A stretch of DNA of 27,600 nucleotides from Pedosphaera sp. GTDB taxonomy: Bacteria > Verrucomicrobiota > Verrucomicrobiia > Limisphaerales > SIBH01. Position numbers and translations under genes: made by a program. Shown in pieces: positions 1 through 7,934 of this stretch. The DNA lies in assembly GCA_031414955.1 (NCBI GenBank), contig JANOQV010000295.1, positions 1-27,600 of the forward strand. The letters are read 5' to 3'. Numbering within the stretch: the stretch's first letter is position 1; every line of letters begins with the position of its first letter. The notes below the pieces were generated by a model. It was not told the origin of the DNA. It ran no database searches and was given only the letters and a program-made list of their open reading frames with translations.

Positions 1-7
1 TCGGGCC

Positions 8-113
8 GGAGTGCGCCCGTCCCGGGCGCAGCCACGTCCGCGCGCACGATGTGTTGGGGGAAACCCCGGCACCACGTCACGCTCCATCTTGCTGCGCCCG
101 AGGACGGGCGCAC
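8..113. repeat. REP-like inverted pair
   Basis: GTGCGCCCGTCCCGGGCGCAGC (11-32) is the reverse complement of GCTGCGCCCGAGGACGGGCGCAC (91-113) apart from a 1-nt indel. Each arm is itself a hairpin, and the left arm is preceded by GGAG (8-11). Confidence 0.75.
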
Positions 114-389
114 GCCGGGCCCGCCACTCTCAATCCCACCCGCGATGCTGGGTGCGATTGGAAGTGACGGTCAGTTTTGACTGAGCTGGAGCTGGACTTG
201 CAGGAGTTCCAGAGCTGATGGGCGCGGGTCTGCTTCACCTGGACGGTCGAGAGAGCCTTCGGCCGGCTCCTGCACCACCACGAGATGACCGAGGCCAGCG
301 ACTAGGCCTGGAGCGATAGCGCCAAGCTGCGAATCCAACTTCACCGACGGGCTTGATTCCTCAGCCTGCATGATTTTTCAGGAAGGCTC

Positions 390-1343
390 CTAGAGATCGA
401 ACGCCTTGCGTAACCTGGCGATGCTCTTGGGCACGGCTTCATCCGCCGGAGCCTTGCCTTCAAACTCCAGCGCCACGTAGCCGGTGTAGTTCACCTCCGC
501 GAGAATCTTCGCGATGCGCTTGTAGTCGAGATCGAGCGTGTACCATTCGCCGCCGCCATCGTAGGTCTTGGCCTGGACGTAAATTGTTTTGGGCGCAATG
601 GCCTTGAGCTTGTCGTACGGGTCTTCGAGGAAGTTGCCGGTGTCCATCATCGCGCCGACCCAGGGCGAGTTGAAGGCGTTCACGATGCGCAGCAACCCTT
701 CCGGCGTGCGGCTTAGGCCCCAGTGATTCTCGACTGCGAGCGTCACGCCGCACTGCTCGGCCTTGCCCAGGCATTTCTCGATGCCCTCGATGCACCACTT
801 GAACCCGTCGTCCTCGGTCGCGCCCGCCAGCACCGGTTCGATGCCGCGCGCCTTCATCAAGTCGTCGAAGCTCTTGATCGTATTCCAGCGGCCGGAGTTG
901 ATGCGCACGCACGGTACCCCCAGTTCGTAGGCGATCTCAATGCACTTGTGGGTGTGCTCGATTTCCTTGCGCAAAAACTCACGGTCGGGATCGACGAAAT
1001 CCTGGTGGATGGAGAGGTTGATCAGCCCCACGCCGTGGCGGAGGGCGTGGCGCTTGAGCTGACGCAAATGCGCGCGATGGTCGGCGGTGAGCGGTTCGCG
1101 TTCGGGGATGTCCATCTGGCGATGGAGAATGTCCACACCGCTCAGGCCGAGCGCGCCCGCCTTCTCGATGACCTGCGAGATGGTCACCTTCGGCCCGCGG
1201 AAGTGCCAGTAGGAGTAGCTGGCCACTCCGAGCTTGACCTTGGGTTTGGGCGTTTTCTCGGCCGCCTGGAGTCGCGGCGCGGCGGCGGCCAGCGCGGCGG
1301 TGGCTGTGAGTTGGAAAAATTTCCGGCGCGAATGGGAGTTCAT
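390..1343 (-). CDS. Tat-exported sugar phosphate isomerase/epimerase (xylose isomerase-like TIM barrel)
   Basis: ATG at 1343 gives MNSHSRRKFFQL..AAA (twin-arginine signal). Motifs LGVASYS, LAVENHWG, MDTGNF, VQAK and GYVALEFEG are typical of the AP_endonuc_2/IolE family. Confidence 0.88.
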   Translation of the reverse strand: MNSHSRRKFFQLTATAALAAAAPRLQAAEKTPKPKVKLGVASYSYWHFRGPKVTISQVIEKAGALGLSGVDILHRQMDIPEREPLTADHRAHLRQLKRHALRHGVGLINLSIHQDFVDPDREFLRKEIEHTHKCIEIAYELGVPCVRINSGRWNTIKSFDDLMKARGIEPVLAGATEDDGFKWCIEGIEKCLGKAEQCGVTLAVENHWGLSRTPEGLLRIVNAFNSPWVGAMMDTGNFLEDPYDKLKAIAPKTIYVQAKTYDGGGEWYTLDLDYKRIAKILAEVNYTGYVALEFEGKAPADEAVPKSIARLRKAFDL

Positions 1344-1605
1344 GCCGGGATGAAACCACGAAGGAGCCAAGACACAAAGTCAGAATTTCTTCGCCGCCGT
1401 CCCCGAGGCGGTGAGGAAAAAGATTGGCGGGCACCGGGTCCTCGGCCCCTCGGTCGAGATAAAAAACCAAAGTTCCTCCAATCCGTTCCAAGCGGCCCGT
1501 CCTGCTCCAGCCTGACCATCTCATTGCGCCTCACCTCGTTTCCCTCATGCTCCCTTTACTCTTCGCCAAGAGTGCATGACAGGCTCTAGCCGGACAGCCT
1601 CGGCC

Positions 1606-2577
1606 TCACGCCGCCTGTTGCTGCTGGAGATCCTGCGGCCCAGACGCCGGCCCGGCGGGAGCCTGCTCTGCAAGCTGCGCCTCCTCCGTGCCCGTGACCG
1701 CCAGCCACTGTTCGCAAGCCGTCACCAGATCGGAATCGGTGGGATAAACCGTCGCTTTCTTGTTCTGGGAAGCCGCCGTGCGTCCCTCGCAAATATCCTC
1801 ATGTCGGAGAATGTTGGCCGAACGCGGGCGCAGCAAACGGGCCCGGCGATTGGCCAGCCAGCGAATGATGATCATTCCGCTCTCCCCCCGGGTGTGGCCT
1901 CGTGAGACATTGGGCCGCACCCCTAATTCGGCGGCTGCGACTTTCGCCACGACTTGCCACGGGTCCTTGGCCCCAAAGGCGTTCTGAATCTCCGCATCCG
2001 AGAGCAGCTCGATGATTTGCTGAATCTCCGGCTTCAAATCCTGCACCGCAAACCAGGCGAGTCCGTGGCCGTGGGTCGAGAGATTGATGGCCAAGAGGCG
2101 TCCGCTGACCAGCACCTCCTCCGGACCGACGCTTCGCTCCGTCGGGGGCAAGGATTGGAGTTCGGCCGAATACATGCCGACGATGGAGACAAAGCGGATC
2201 CAGAGATCGTTGAACTTGCCGTTGGACCTCACGCCGTCCTCGCCAACAGGCCCGCCGAACGCCCGGGCAAACACATGATGCCGCTGCTCGGCGGTGAGCC
2301 GGTTGGGCTGCCCCTTCCACCAACGGTAGAGCGTGGCCCCGGCCCGCCCTGGGCCGAGCGGCAAGGATCCACGGCTAAACATCGCCACTAATCGCTCCAC
2401 AACCTCAAAAACGCGCGCCTCCTCCAGCATGGCGGCGAAGTAAACAGACTCCAGTGCGCGCAGGTTGGCCGGGACAATCGACTGTTCTGCGACTTCATCC
2501 AGCCGCAGCGCTTTCGGAACCGCGGGCACCTGGACTTTACCACTCACTTCTTCCGAAGATTTCAAATCGGGACTCAT
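1606..2577 (-). CDS. hypothetical protein (~323 aa), function unknown
   Basis: Long ORF with globular, protein-like composition (FNDLWIRFVS, NLSTHGHG, FGAKDPWQV, PTDSDLVTACEQWLAVTG). Start ATG 2577, alternative TTG 2598. Confidence 0.75.
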   Translation of the reverse strand: MSPDLKSSEEVSGKVQVPAVPKALRLDEVAEQSIVPANLRALESVYFAAMLEEARVFEVVERLVAMFSRGSLPLGPGRAGATLYRWWKGQPNRLTAEQRHHVFARAFGGPVGEDGVRSNGKFNDLWIRFVSIVGMYSAELQSLPPTERSVGPEEVLVSGRLLAINLSTHGHGLAWFAVQDLKPEIQQIIELLSDAEIQNAFGAKDPWQVVAKVAAAELGVRPNVSRGHTRGESGMIIIRWLANRRARLLRPRSANILRHEDICEGRTAASQNKKATVYPTDSDLVTACEQWLAVTGTEEAQLAEQAPAGPASGPQDLQQQQAA

Positions 2578-2740
2578 CCCTGACTTATCGGTCGCCAAAG
2601 GCTCCGGCGTTAGCGCATTTTCCGACCGGCCAGGCCGTGGAGCGGGGGCGACGGAGAAGCATTCACCTAGCCTGCTACGGGGAGCCTTGTCCCCAGCACT
2701 GGTGACTGGCGGGGGACAAGCTCCGAGGTAAAGTGATCTC

Positions 2741-2817
2741 GTTGTTGCTGCACTTTGGTTGTTCTCGGTGCAGCGTGTGTGAAAAGGCCGGACCTGTTGT
2801 CCGGCCTTTCTCTTTTT
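2741..2817 (+). ncRNA. candidate small RNA or leader RNA
   Basis: TAAAGT (-10-like, 2729-2734), hairpin GCTGCAC/GTGCAGC (2747-2774), then a terminator hairpin with a U-rich tail. No + strand gene lies upstream. Confidence 0.4.
2783..2817 (+). terminator. intrinsic terminator
   Basis: Perfect 11-bp stem AAAGGCCGGAC-ctgtt-GTCCGGCCTTT followed by CTCTTTTT. Confidence 0.75.
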
Positions 2818-3042
2818 CCCCAGCCCTCGAAAAATTGAATCGCCTGCCCCGGATAAGACGCCCCGGCAGGAAAGAAACGCACCATCCCAGGAACACCCGC
2901 GCGGAGCTCGCGTCAGGGCCGGTTACATTCTCCGGGCTTCACCTCGACCCCAAAGTGCGCGGGAACCAACTCCCCGTTCTCCCGTTCATTCCTCTGCTCC
3001 GTCCCGACCATCTTTCTGTCCTTCAGCCGCCCGAACATTTGG

Positions 3043-3071
3043 TTTGCACCCACCCGCCTCCCCCCTAAGCT
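3043..3071 (+). promoter_or_regulatory. sigma70-type promoter candidate for the DUF4912 gene
   Basis: TTGCAC (3044-3049), 16-nt spacer, TAAGCT (3066-3071), about 37 nt before ATG 3108. Confidence 0.45.
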
Positions 3072-3107
3072 CCGCTCGTCAAAGGCGTGACATCCCAAAC
3101 CCACGGT

Positions 3108-4568
3108 ATGAAACCTGAAAAGCCCAAAAAGACCAAAGCGCCGGTAAAACGCGCGCGCACCAGCGTGAAGGAAAAACTGGCCGCACTCTTCAAGCGCAAA
3201 CCCAAGACTCCCGCGCCCGAACCGCCGGTCAGGAAAGCCGCGCCGCCCAAGAAAGCCGCCGAGAGCGCCCCGCCCAAATTTGCCTCGACCGTCGTCCCAG
3301 AAAAGAAAACTGCGCCCGCCAAAAATGCGCCCGTCAAACGCGCTGCGGCTAAACGAGCTGGAGTCAAACGAACCCCCATCGCCGCGCCCCTGAAGCTCAC
3401 CATCCCGTCCATCCTGCTCGAAGGCGACGAGCCTGCCGCGCCGCGCCCCAGCGGCCCCGGCGAACGCTATGCGCTCGGCACCGCCGAGCCGGCTTTCCCC
3501 AGCAGCGAGTCGGCGGAGTTGCCCGAATCCTATGGCACGCAACGGCTGTTGCTCGTCGCCCGCGATCCGCACTGGCTTTACGCGCACTGGGATTTCACGG
3601 CGGAACAGCTTCGCAAGCACAACACCGCCTCGCGCGACAAGCACCTCATCGTGCGCGTCTATCGCGGCGCGGTGGCAGGCGATCCCGTGGTCGAGCAGCA
3701 TGTGCATCCCGAGTCGCGCAACTGGTTCCTGCACGTCGGCCAGGGCGGCGCGAAGTTCGTCGCGCAACTCGGCTACTTTAGCCGCGCGGGCAAATGGGAG
3801 ACCGTCGCCACCTCCGCCGCCACCTTCACGCCGCCGGATGTCCTCTCCGACGACACCAGCGTGCGCTTCGAAACCATTCCCGTGGAAGTGCCGTTCAAGA
3901 AATTGCTCGAACTCGTCAAGGGTGCCGTCGCCGAGCACAAGCCGCTCGTGGAAGTGATTCACGAATTGCGCGCGGCGGGCTATCCCGATTTGCCCGCGCT
4001 CATGGCTGGCGGCAGCGGCAGCGCGCGCGCGGAGGCCTCCGCGAGTTGGACCCCGGCGCAGGAAGCGGCGCTCGCTCAAATCATCAGCATCGACGAAGTG
4101 CGGCGCGTGTGGATGGGTTCGCTCGAAATTACCGAGTTGCTTCGCCGCTCGCTGGAAAAGGAAATGTCCTCGCAGGCCGCGGCCATGCTGGCGCGCGGCG
4201 AACTGGCCGGCGGCGCGGAACTCGGCGGCCTGTCGAGCGTCTCCAGCCCGTTCGGTGGCGAGGGCAAGCGCAAGGGCTTCTGGTTCAACGTCAACGCCGA
4301 GCTGATCATCTACGGCGCGACCGAGCCGGACGCGAACGTGACCATTGGCGGGCGGAAGATTCAACTGCGGCGCGACGGCACGTTCAGCTTCCGCTTCGCG
4401 CTGCCGGACGGGAACTACGACCTGCCCGTGCAAGCCACCTCCGCCGACGCCAGCGACTCGCGCCGCGCCGAACTGAAGTTCAGCCGCGCCACGCAATATC
4501 GGGGCGAGGTCGGCCAGCATCCGCAGGATGCGAAGCTGAAAGCGCCGCGGGTGGAGAATGTGGGGTGA
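3108..4568 (+). CDS. DUF4912 domain-containing protein
   Basis: ELPESYG..RLLLVARDPHWLYAHWD (DUF4912 core). C-terminal FWFNVNAELIIYGATEPDANVTIGG..DGTFSFRFALPDG. Lys/Pro/Ala-rich N-terminus. ATG 3108. Confidence 0.88.
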   Translation: MKPEKPKKTKAPVKRARTSVKEKLAALFKRKPKTPAPEPPVRKAAPPKKAAESAPPKFASTVVPEKKTAPAKNAPVKRAAAKRAGVKRTPIAAPLKLTIPSILLEGDEPAAPRPSGPGERYALGTAEPAFPSSESAELPESYGTQRLLLVARDPHWLYAHWDFTAEQLRKHNTASRDKHLIVRVYRGAVAGDPVVEQHVHPESRNWFLHVGQGGAKFVAQLGYFSRAGKWETVATSAATFTPPDVLSDDTSVRFETIPVEVPFKKLLELVKGAVAEHKPLVEVIHELRAAGYPDLPALMAGGSGSARAEASASWTPAQEAALAQIISIDEVRRVWMGSLEITELLRRSLEKEMSSQAAAMLARGELAGGAELGGLSSVSSPFGGEGKRKGFWFNVNAELIIYGATEPDANVTIGGRKIQLRRDGTFSFRFALPDGNYDLPVQATSADASDSRRAELKFSRATQYRGEVGQHPQDAKLKAPRVENVG

Positions 4569-4593
4569 GCGATTGGTCTACCCCGGCAATCGT

Positions 4594-5478
4594 ATGACCA
4601 ATTTTGAAATTCCAAGGTCCGCGAAGAATCTCAAAGTCATCGGTCTTTCAGAATCCATTCGCAAAGACGAAAGCCATGCGCAGTTCGAGAAGCCGATTGA
4701 GCAGTCCGATCTGGTTTTTCTTCTGGGAAATGGACTCAAAGGAGCGCTTCACCGCGCGGAGCATTGTATGGGATGGATTTGGCGCCAATGGCTGCGCGGC
4801 GCTTCGAAAGGTGAATTCTCCAATCGCGTCGAGTCTTTCGTCGACCGAGGATTGAAATTCCGAGAACAGTGCCAAAGTTATGACTACCTCCCTTTGCACG
4901 ATCTGTTCCTTCTGCACAGCGCCATCTTCGCCTCAAGCGATGCACAATTGAACGCCGTAGCCGAGACGGTTGCTGATGCCTCTGGCGACAAGGGCAAGAC
5001 TCCGATGGATGTTGGCTCCGGTGAGCTTTATGCCGCCGCATGGTGCGGCATGATGAAATACTGGATTCTTGGAGATGACGAAAAAGCTGTAGCACAGTCG
5101 GAGTCGATCTGGGGCGCGTACCGCGAGCCCGGCGTTCGCGCTGCCGCCAAACCGCTAGTGACTCCGTGGCTCAAAAGAGACTGGAAAGCTTTTGTAAAAG
5201 CCCAGCAGAAGGATTTTGAAAAGCTGTGGAACCGTGCTCGCAAGGACCACTGGACGGTCAAAGGCGAGAACTCGACGGAAATAATCGTCACGACGGAACG
5301 TTATCAAATCGCCCATCAGTGGTGTTGGGCGCATTGCGGCATGGCAATGCTGGCACATCGCCAGGGCGTGGAAGTTGTGAACGATCCTTTCTGGTTTCCC
5401 GCTGTGGCGCTTGATGCGAAGCCAGGTTCAACGCAAAAGAAGCGAGATGATGAACCTGACCAGTTCCGAATGTTCTAA
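4594..5478 (+). CDS. hypothetical protein, possibly Imm49-like immunity protein
   Basis: Open frame from ATG 4594, visibly more AT-rich codons than its neighbours, helical character. C-terminal CGMAMLAHRQGVEVVNDPFWFP resembles the Imm49 C-terminal pattern (by eye). Confidence 0.6.
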   Translation: MTNFEIPRSAKNLKVIGLSESIRKDESHAQFEKPIEQSDLVFLLGNGLKGALHRAEHCMGWIWRQWLRGASKGEFSNRVESFVDRGLKFREQCQSYDYLPLHDLFLLHSAIFASSDAQLNAVAETVADASGDKGKTPMDVGSGELYAAAWCGMMKYWILGDDEKAVAQSESIWGAYREPGVRAAAKPLVTPWLKRDWKAFVKAQQKDFEKLWNRARKDHWTVKGENSTEIIVTTERYQIAHQWCWAHCGMAMLAHRQGVEVVNDPFWFPAVALDAKPGSTQKKRDDEPDQFRMF

Positions 5479-5577
5479 GAACCCGGCCGAGAATCCGAAC
5501 GCCTAATCCCAATGCAAGGTCACCTTCCCATCGTCCAGCACGCGCCAATCCGGGTCGCGAAGCGACCGCCGCTCCCG

Positions 5578-5775
5578 AATCCCAACGGGATTCTATCACT
5601 CAGCCCAGGGTTGCGAGGCACGAGCTACCCTGGGTTTGGTTTCCACACCGGGTTCAACCCTGAAGGGGTTGCAGCGCTTCAACCCCTTCAGGGTTGGCGG
5701 ATTTTTTTGGACGGCTTTCCCAGGGTAGCTCGTGCCTCGCAACCCTGGGCTGATGGCTCCAATCCTTTCAGGATT
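5578..5775. repeat. nested palindromic REP/REPIN-like element
   Basis: Perfect 35-bp inverted repeat 5600-5634/5719-5753 enclosing a perfect 17-bp inverted repeat 5655-5671/5680-5696. Small terminal hairpins AATCCCAACGGGATT and AATCCTTTCAGGATT. Confidence 0.9.
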
Positions 5776-5816
5776 GAGGAACCGCGCGCCGAGCGGCCCG
5801 ACGTGTCCGCACGCCC

Positions 5817-5845
5817 TCGACATTCCGAAGCCGTGGCCGTAGCCT
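5817..5845 (+). promoter_or_regulatory. sigma70-type promoter giving a probably leaderless toxin-antitoxin transcript
   Basis: TCGACA (5817-5822), 17-nt spacer, TAGCCT (5840-5845), then 7 nt to ATG 5853. No Shine-Dalgarno sequence. Confidence 0.6.
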
Positions 5846-5852
5846 TTTCCGC

Positions 5853-6041
5853 ATGAGCCAGAGCTTGCAATATCTCACCGATGAAAAAGGCGACCGCACC
5901 GCCGTCGTTCTCCCGATTGGCGATTACGAAAGTCTGCTGGAAGACTTGAATGACCTCGCGGTCGTGGCCGAGCGCCGCGACGAACCAGTCATCCCGCACG
6001 AACAGTTCATCGCCGACCTGAAGCGTGATGGAAAACTTTAG
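5853..6041 (+). CDS. type II antitoxin (RelB/StbD-like, 62 aa)
   Basis: Small acidic protein QYLTDEKGDRTAVVLPIGDYESLLEDLNDL..ERRDEP, overlapping the downstream RelE-like toxin gene. Confidence 0.82.
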   Translation: MSQSLQYLTDEKGDRTAVVLPIGDYESLLEDLNDLAVVAERRDEPVIPHEQFIADLKRDGKL

Positions 6042-6288
6042 CATCCAGTGGCGCAACTCGACGAAGAAAGACCTGCGCAGCCTGCCGAACCAGGAAGTCG
6101 CCCGCATCGTGGCCGCCGTCGCGGCCCTCGCCACTGAACCTCTGCCTCATGGATCACAAAAGCTCGCCGGCGCGGAACGAACCTACCGTATTCGCGTGGG
6201 AGATTATCGCGTCGTTTACGAAGTCTATACTGACTCCCGCATCGTGGAGATTCAGCGCGTCCGCCACCGCAAGGACGTTTACCGATGA
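6028..6288 (+). CDS. relE: type II toxin, RelE/ParE family
   Basis: KKDLRSLP..EPLPHGSQKLAG...YRIRVGDYRVVYEV...VEIQRVRHRKDVYR is the classic RelE signature. Confidence 0.93.
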   Translation: MENFSIQWRNSTKKDLRSLPNQEVARIVAAVAALATEPLPHGSQKLAGAERTYRIRVGDYRVVYEVYTDSRIVEIQRVRHRKDVYR

Positions 6289-6322
6289 GGATTGAGACGC
6301 CACCACGCATTCGCTGAATCTC

Positions 6323-7897
6323 ATGCAAGGCTACCTTTCCCTCGTCCTGCACGCGCACCTGCCGTTTGTGCGGCATCCGGAGCACGAGAAATTTCTCGAA
6401 GAGGAATGGCTCTTCGAAGCCGTGACCGAGACTTACCTGCCGCTGCTCGAAGTGCTCGAAGGCTGGCGGCGCGATGGCATGGACACGCGGCTCACGCTCT
6501 GCCTCTCGCCCACGCTCTGCGCCATGTTGCGCGACCCGCTCCTGCAAGACCGCTACGTGCGGCACTTGAACGGGCTGATTGAACTGGCCGAGAAGGAAGT
6601 TCACCGCACCTATTGGGACCGCGCCTATCACGGGCTGGCGCTCTTCTACCACGAACGCTTCCAGCGGTTGCGCGACCGGTATTTCAATTACGGGCGCGAC
6701 CTGGTGGGCGCGTTCGCGGGTTTTCAAAACGCGGGCACGCTGGAGATCATCACCACCGCGGCCACGCATGGATTGCTGCCGCTGCTGGCCGGGCATCCGC
6801 CGTCCATCCGCGGGCAAATCCTGACCGCGCGCGATCATTACCGCGAATGTTTCGGGCGCAACCCGCGCGGCATCTGGCTGCCGGAGTGCGCCTACGTGGA
6901 TGGCGTGGAGCACGTCTTGCAGGAGGCGGAGATTCGGTGGTTCATCATCGACACGCACGGCGTGCTGCACGCGAAACCGCGCCCGCGCTACGGCGTGTTT
7001 GCACCCATCTTCACGCAGAACGGACTCGCGGCCTTCGGGCGCGACCTCGATTCCGCCAAGCAGGTCTGGAGCAAGCACGAGGGCTATCCCGGGGATGCGC
7101 GTTACCGCGACTTCTACCGCGACATCGGCTTCGACCTCGACTTCGACTACGTGCGCCCGCATCTCGCCACGGACAGCGTGCGGACTTTCACCGGCATCAA
7201 GTACCACGCCATCACCGGTGGCGCGGGCGAGAAGCTCGTCTATGACCGCCGCGCCGCGCTCGAAACCGCCGCGCAACACGCGCAGCATTTTCTCGAAGCG
7301 CGCATGACGCAGATTTCCCGGCTCGCAGAAATCATGGACCGCCCGCCGCTGCTCCTCTCGCCCTACGACGCCGAGCTGTTCGGCCACTGGTGGTATGAAG
7401 GCCCGGAGTTCCTCGACTACTTCGTGCGCAAGACGGTTTTCGACCAGCAGATCGTCAAGCTCACCACGCCGCACGATTACCTGCAGCAGCACCCGACGCA
7501 GCAAGTCGCCCAGCCCGCCGCGTCAAGCTGGGGCGAGGAAGGCTATTGGAAAGTCTGGCTCAACGAGCGCAACGAATGGATTCTGCCGCACCTCGACATC
7601 GCGGCCACGCGCATGACCGAGTTGGTAAAGAAGCATCCGCACCCGACCGGCCTGACCGCGCGCGCGCTCAAGCAGGCCGCGCGCGAACTGCTCCTCGCGC
7701 AGTCCAGCGACTGGCCCTTCATCCTCCGCACCGGCACCAGCCCCGAGTATGCGAAGCGCCGGGTGAAGGATCATCTGCTCCGCTTTATCGCGCTGCACGA
7801 GCAACTCACCCAGACCCAAGTGGACGAGAAGTGGCTGGCGCAGATTGAGTCGCGGGACAACCTTTTCGCGAACGTGGAGCCAAGGCACTGGGCCTGA
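6323..7897 (+). CDS. GH57 family 1,4-alpha-glucan branching enzyme-type protein (DUF1957)
   Basis: LVLHAHLPFVRHPE, WLFEAVTETYLPLL, GIWLPECAY (nucleophile Glu), PYDAELFGHWWYEG (acid/base Asp), ELLLAQSSDWPFI. Confidence 0.95.
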   Translation: MQGYLSLVLHAHLPFVRHPEHEKFLEEEWLFEAVTETYLPLLEVLEGWRRDGMDTRLTLCLSPTLCAMLRDPLLQDRYVRHLNGLIELAEKEVHRTYWDRAYHGLALFYHERFQRLRDRYFNYGRDLVGAFAGFQNAGTLEIITTAATHGLLPLLAGHPPSIRGQILTARDHYRECFGRNPRGIWLPECAYVDGVEHVLQEAEIRWFIIDTHGVLHAKPRPRYGVFAPIFTQNGLAAFGRDLDSAKQVWSKHEGYPGDARYRDFYRDIGFDLDFDYVRPHLATDSVRTFTGIKYHAITGGAGEKLVYDRRAALETAAQHAQHFLEARMTQISRLAEIMDRPPLLLSPYDAELFGHWWYEGPEFLDYFVRKTVFDQQIVKLTTPHDYLQQHPTQQVAQPAASSWGEEGYWKVWLNERNEWILPHLDIAATRMTELVKKHPHPTGLTARALKQAARELLLAQSSDWPFILRTGTSPEYAKRRVKDHLLRFIALHEQLTQTQVDEKWLAQIESRDNLFANVEPRHWA

Positions 7898-7934
7898 GCG
7901 CGCCCCGTCGGGACACCGAGGCACGTGCGCTGGG

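Noticed and set aside
171..371. 66-aa minus-strand ORF downstream of the isomerase gene
   Set aside because: No recognisable motif, poorly placed RBS and unremarkable codon bias; it cannot be supported, though not excluded.
5512..5856. ORFs containing PRVARASQPWA on both strands
   Set aside because: Translation artefacts of the palindromic repeat.
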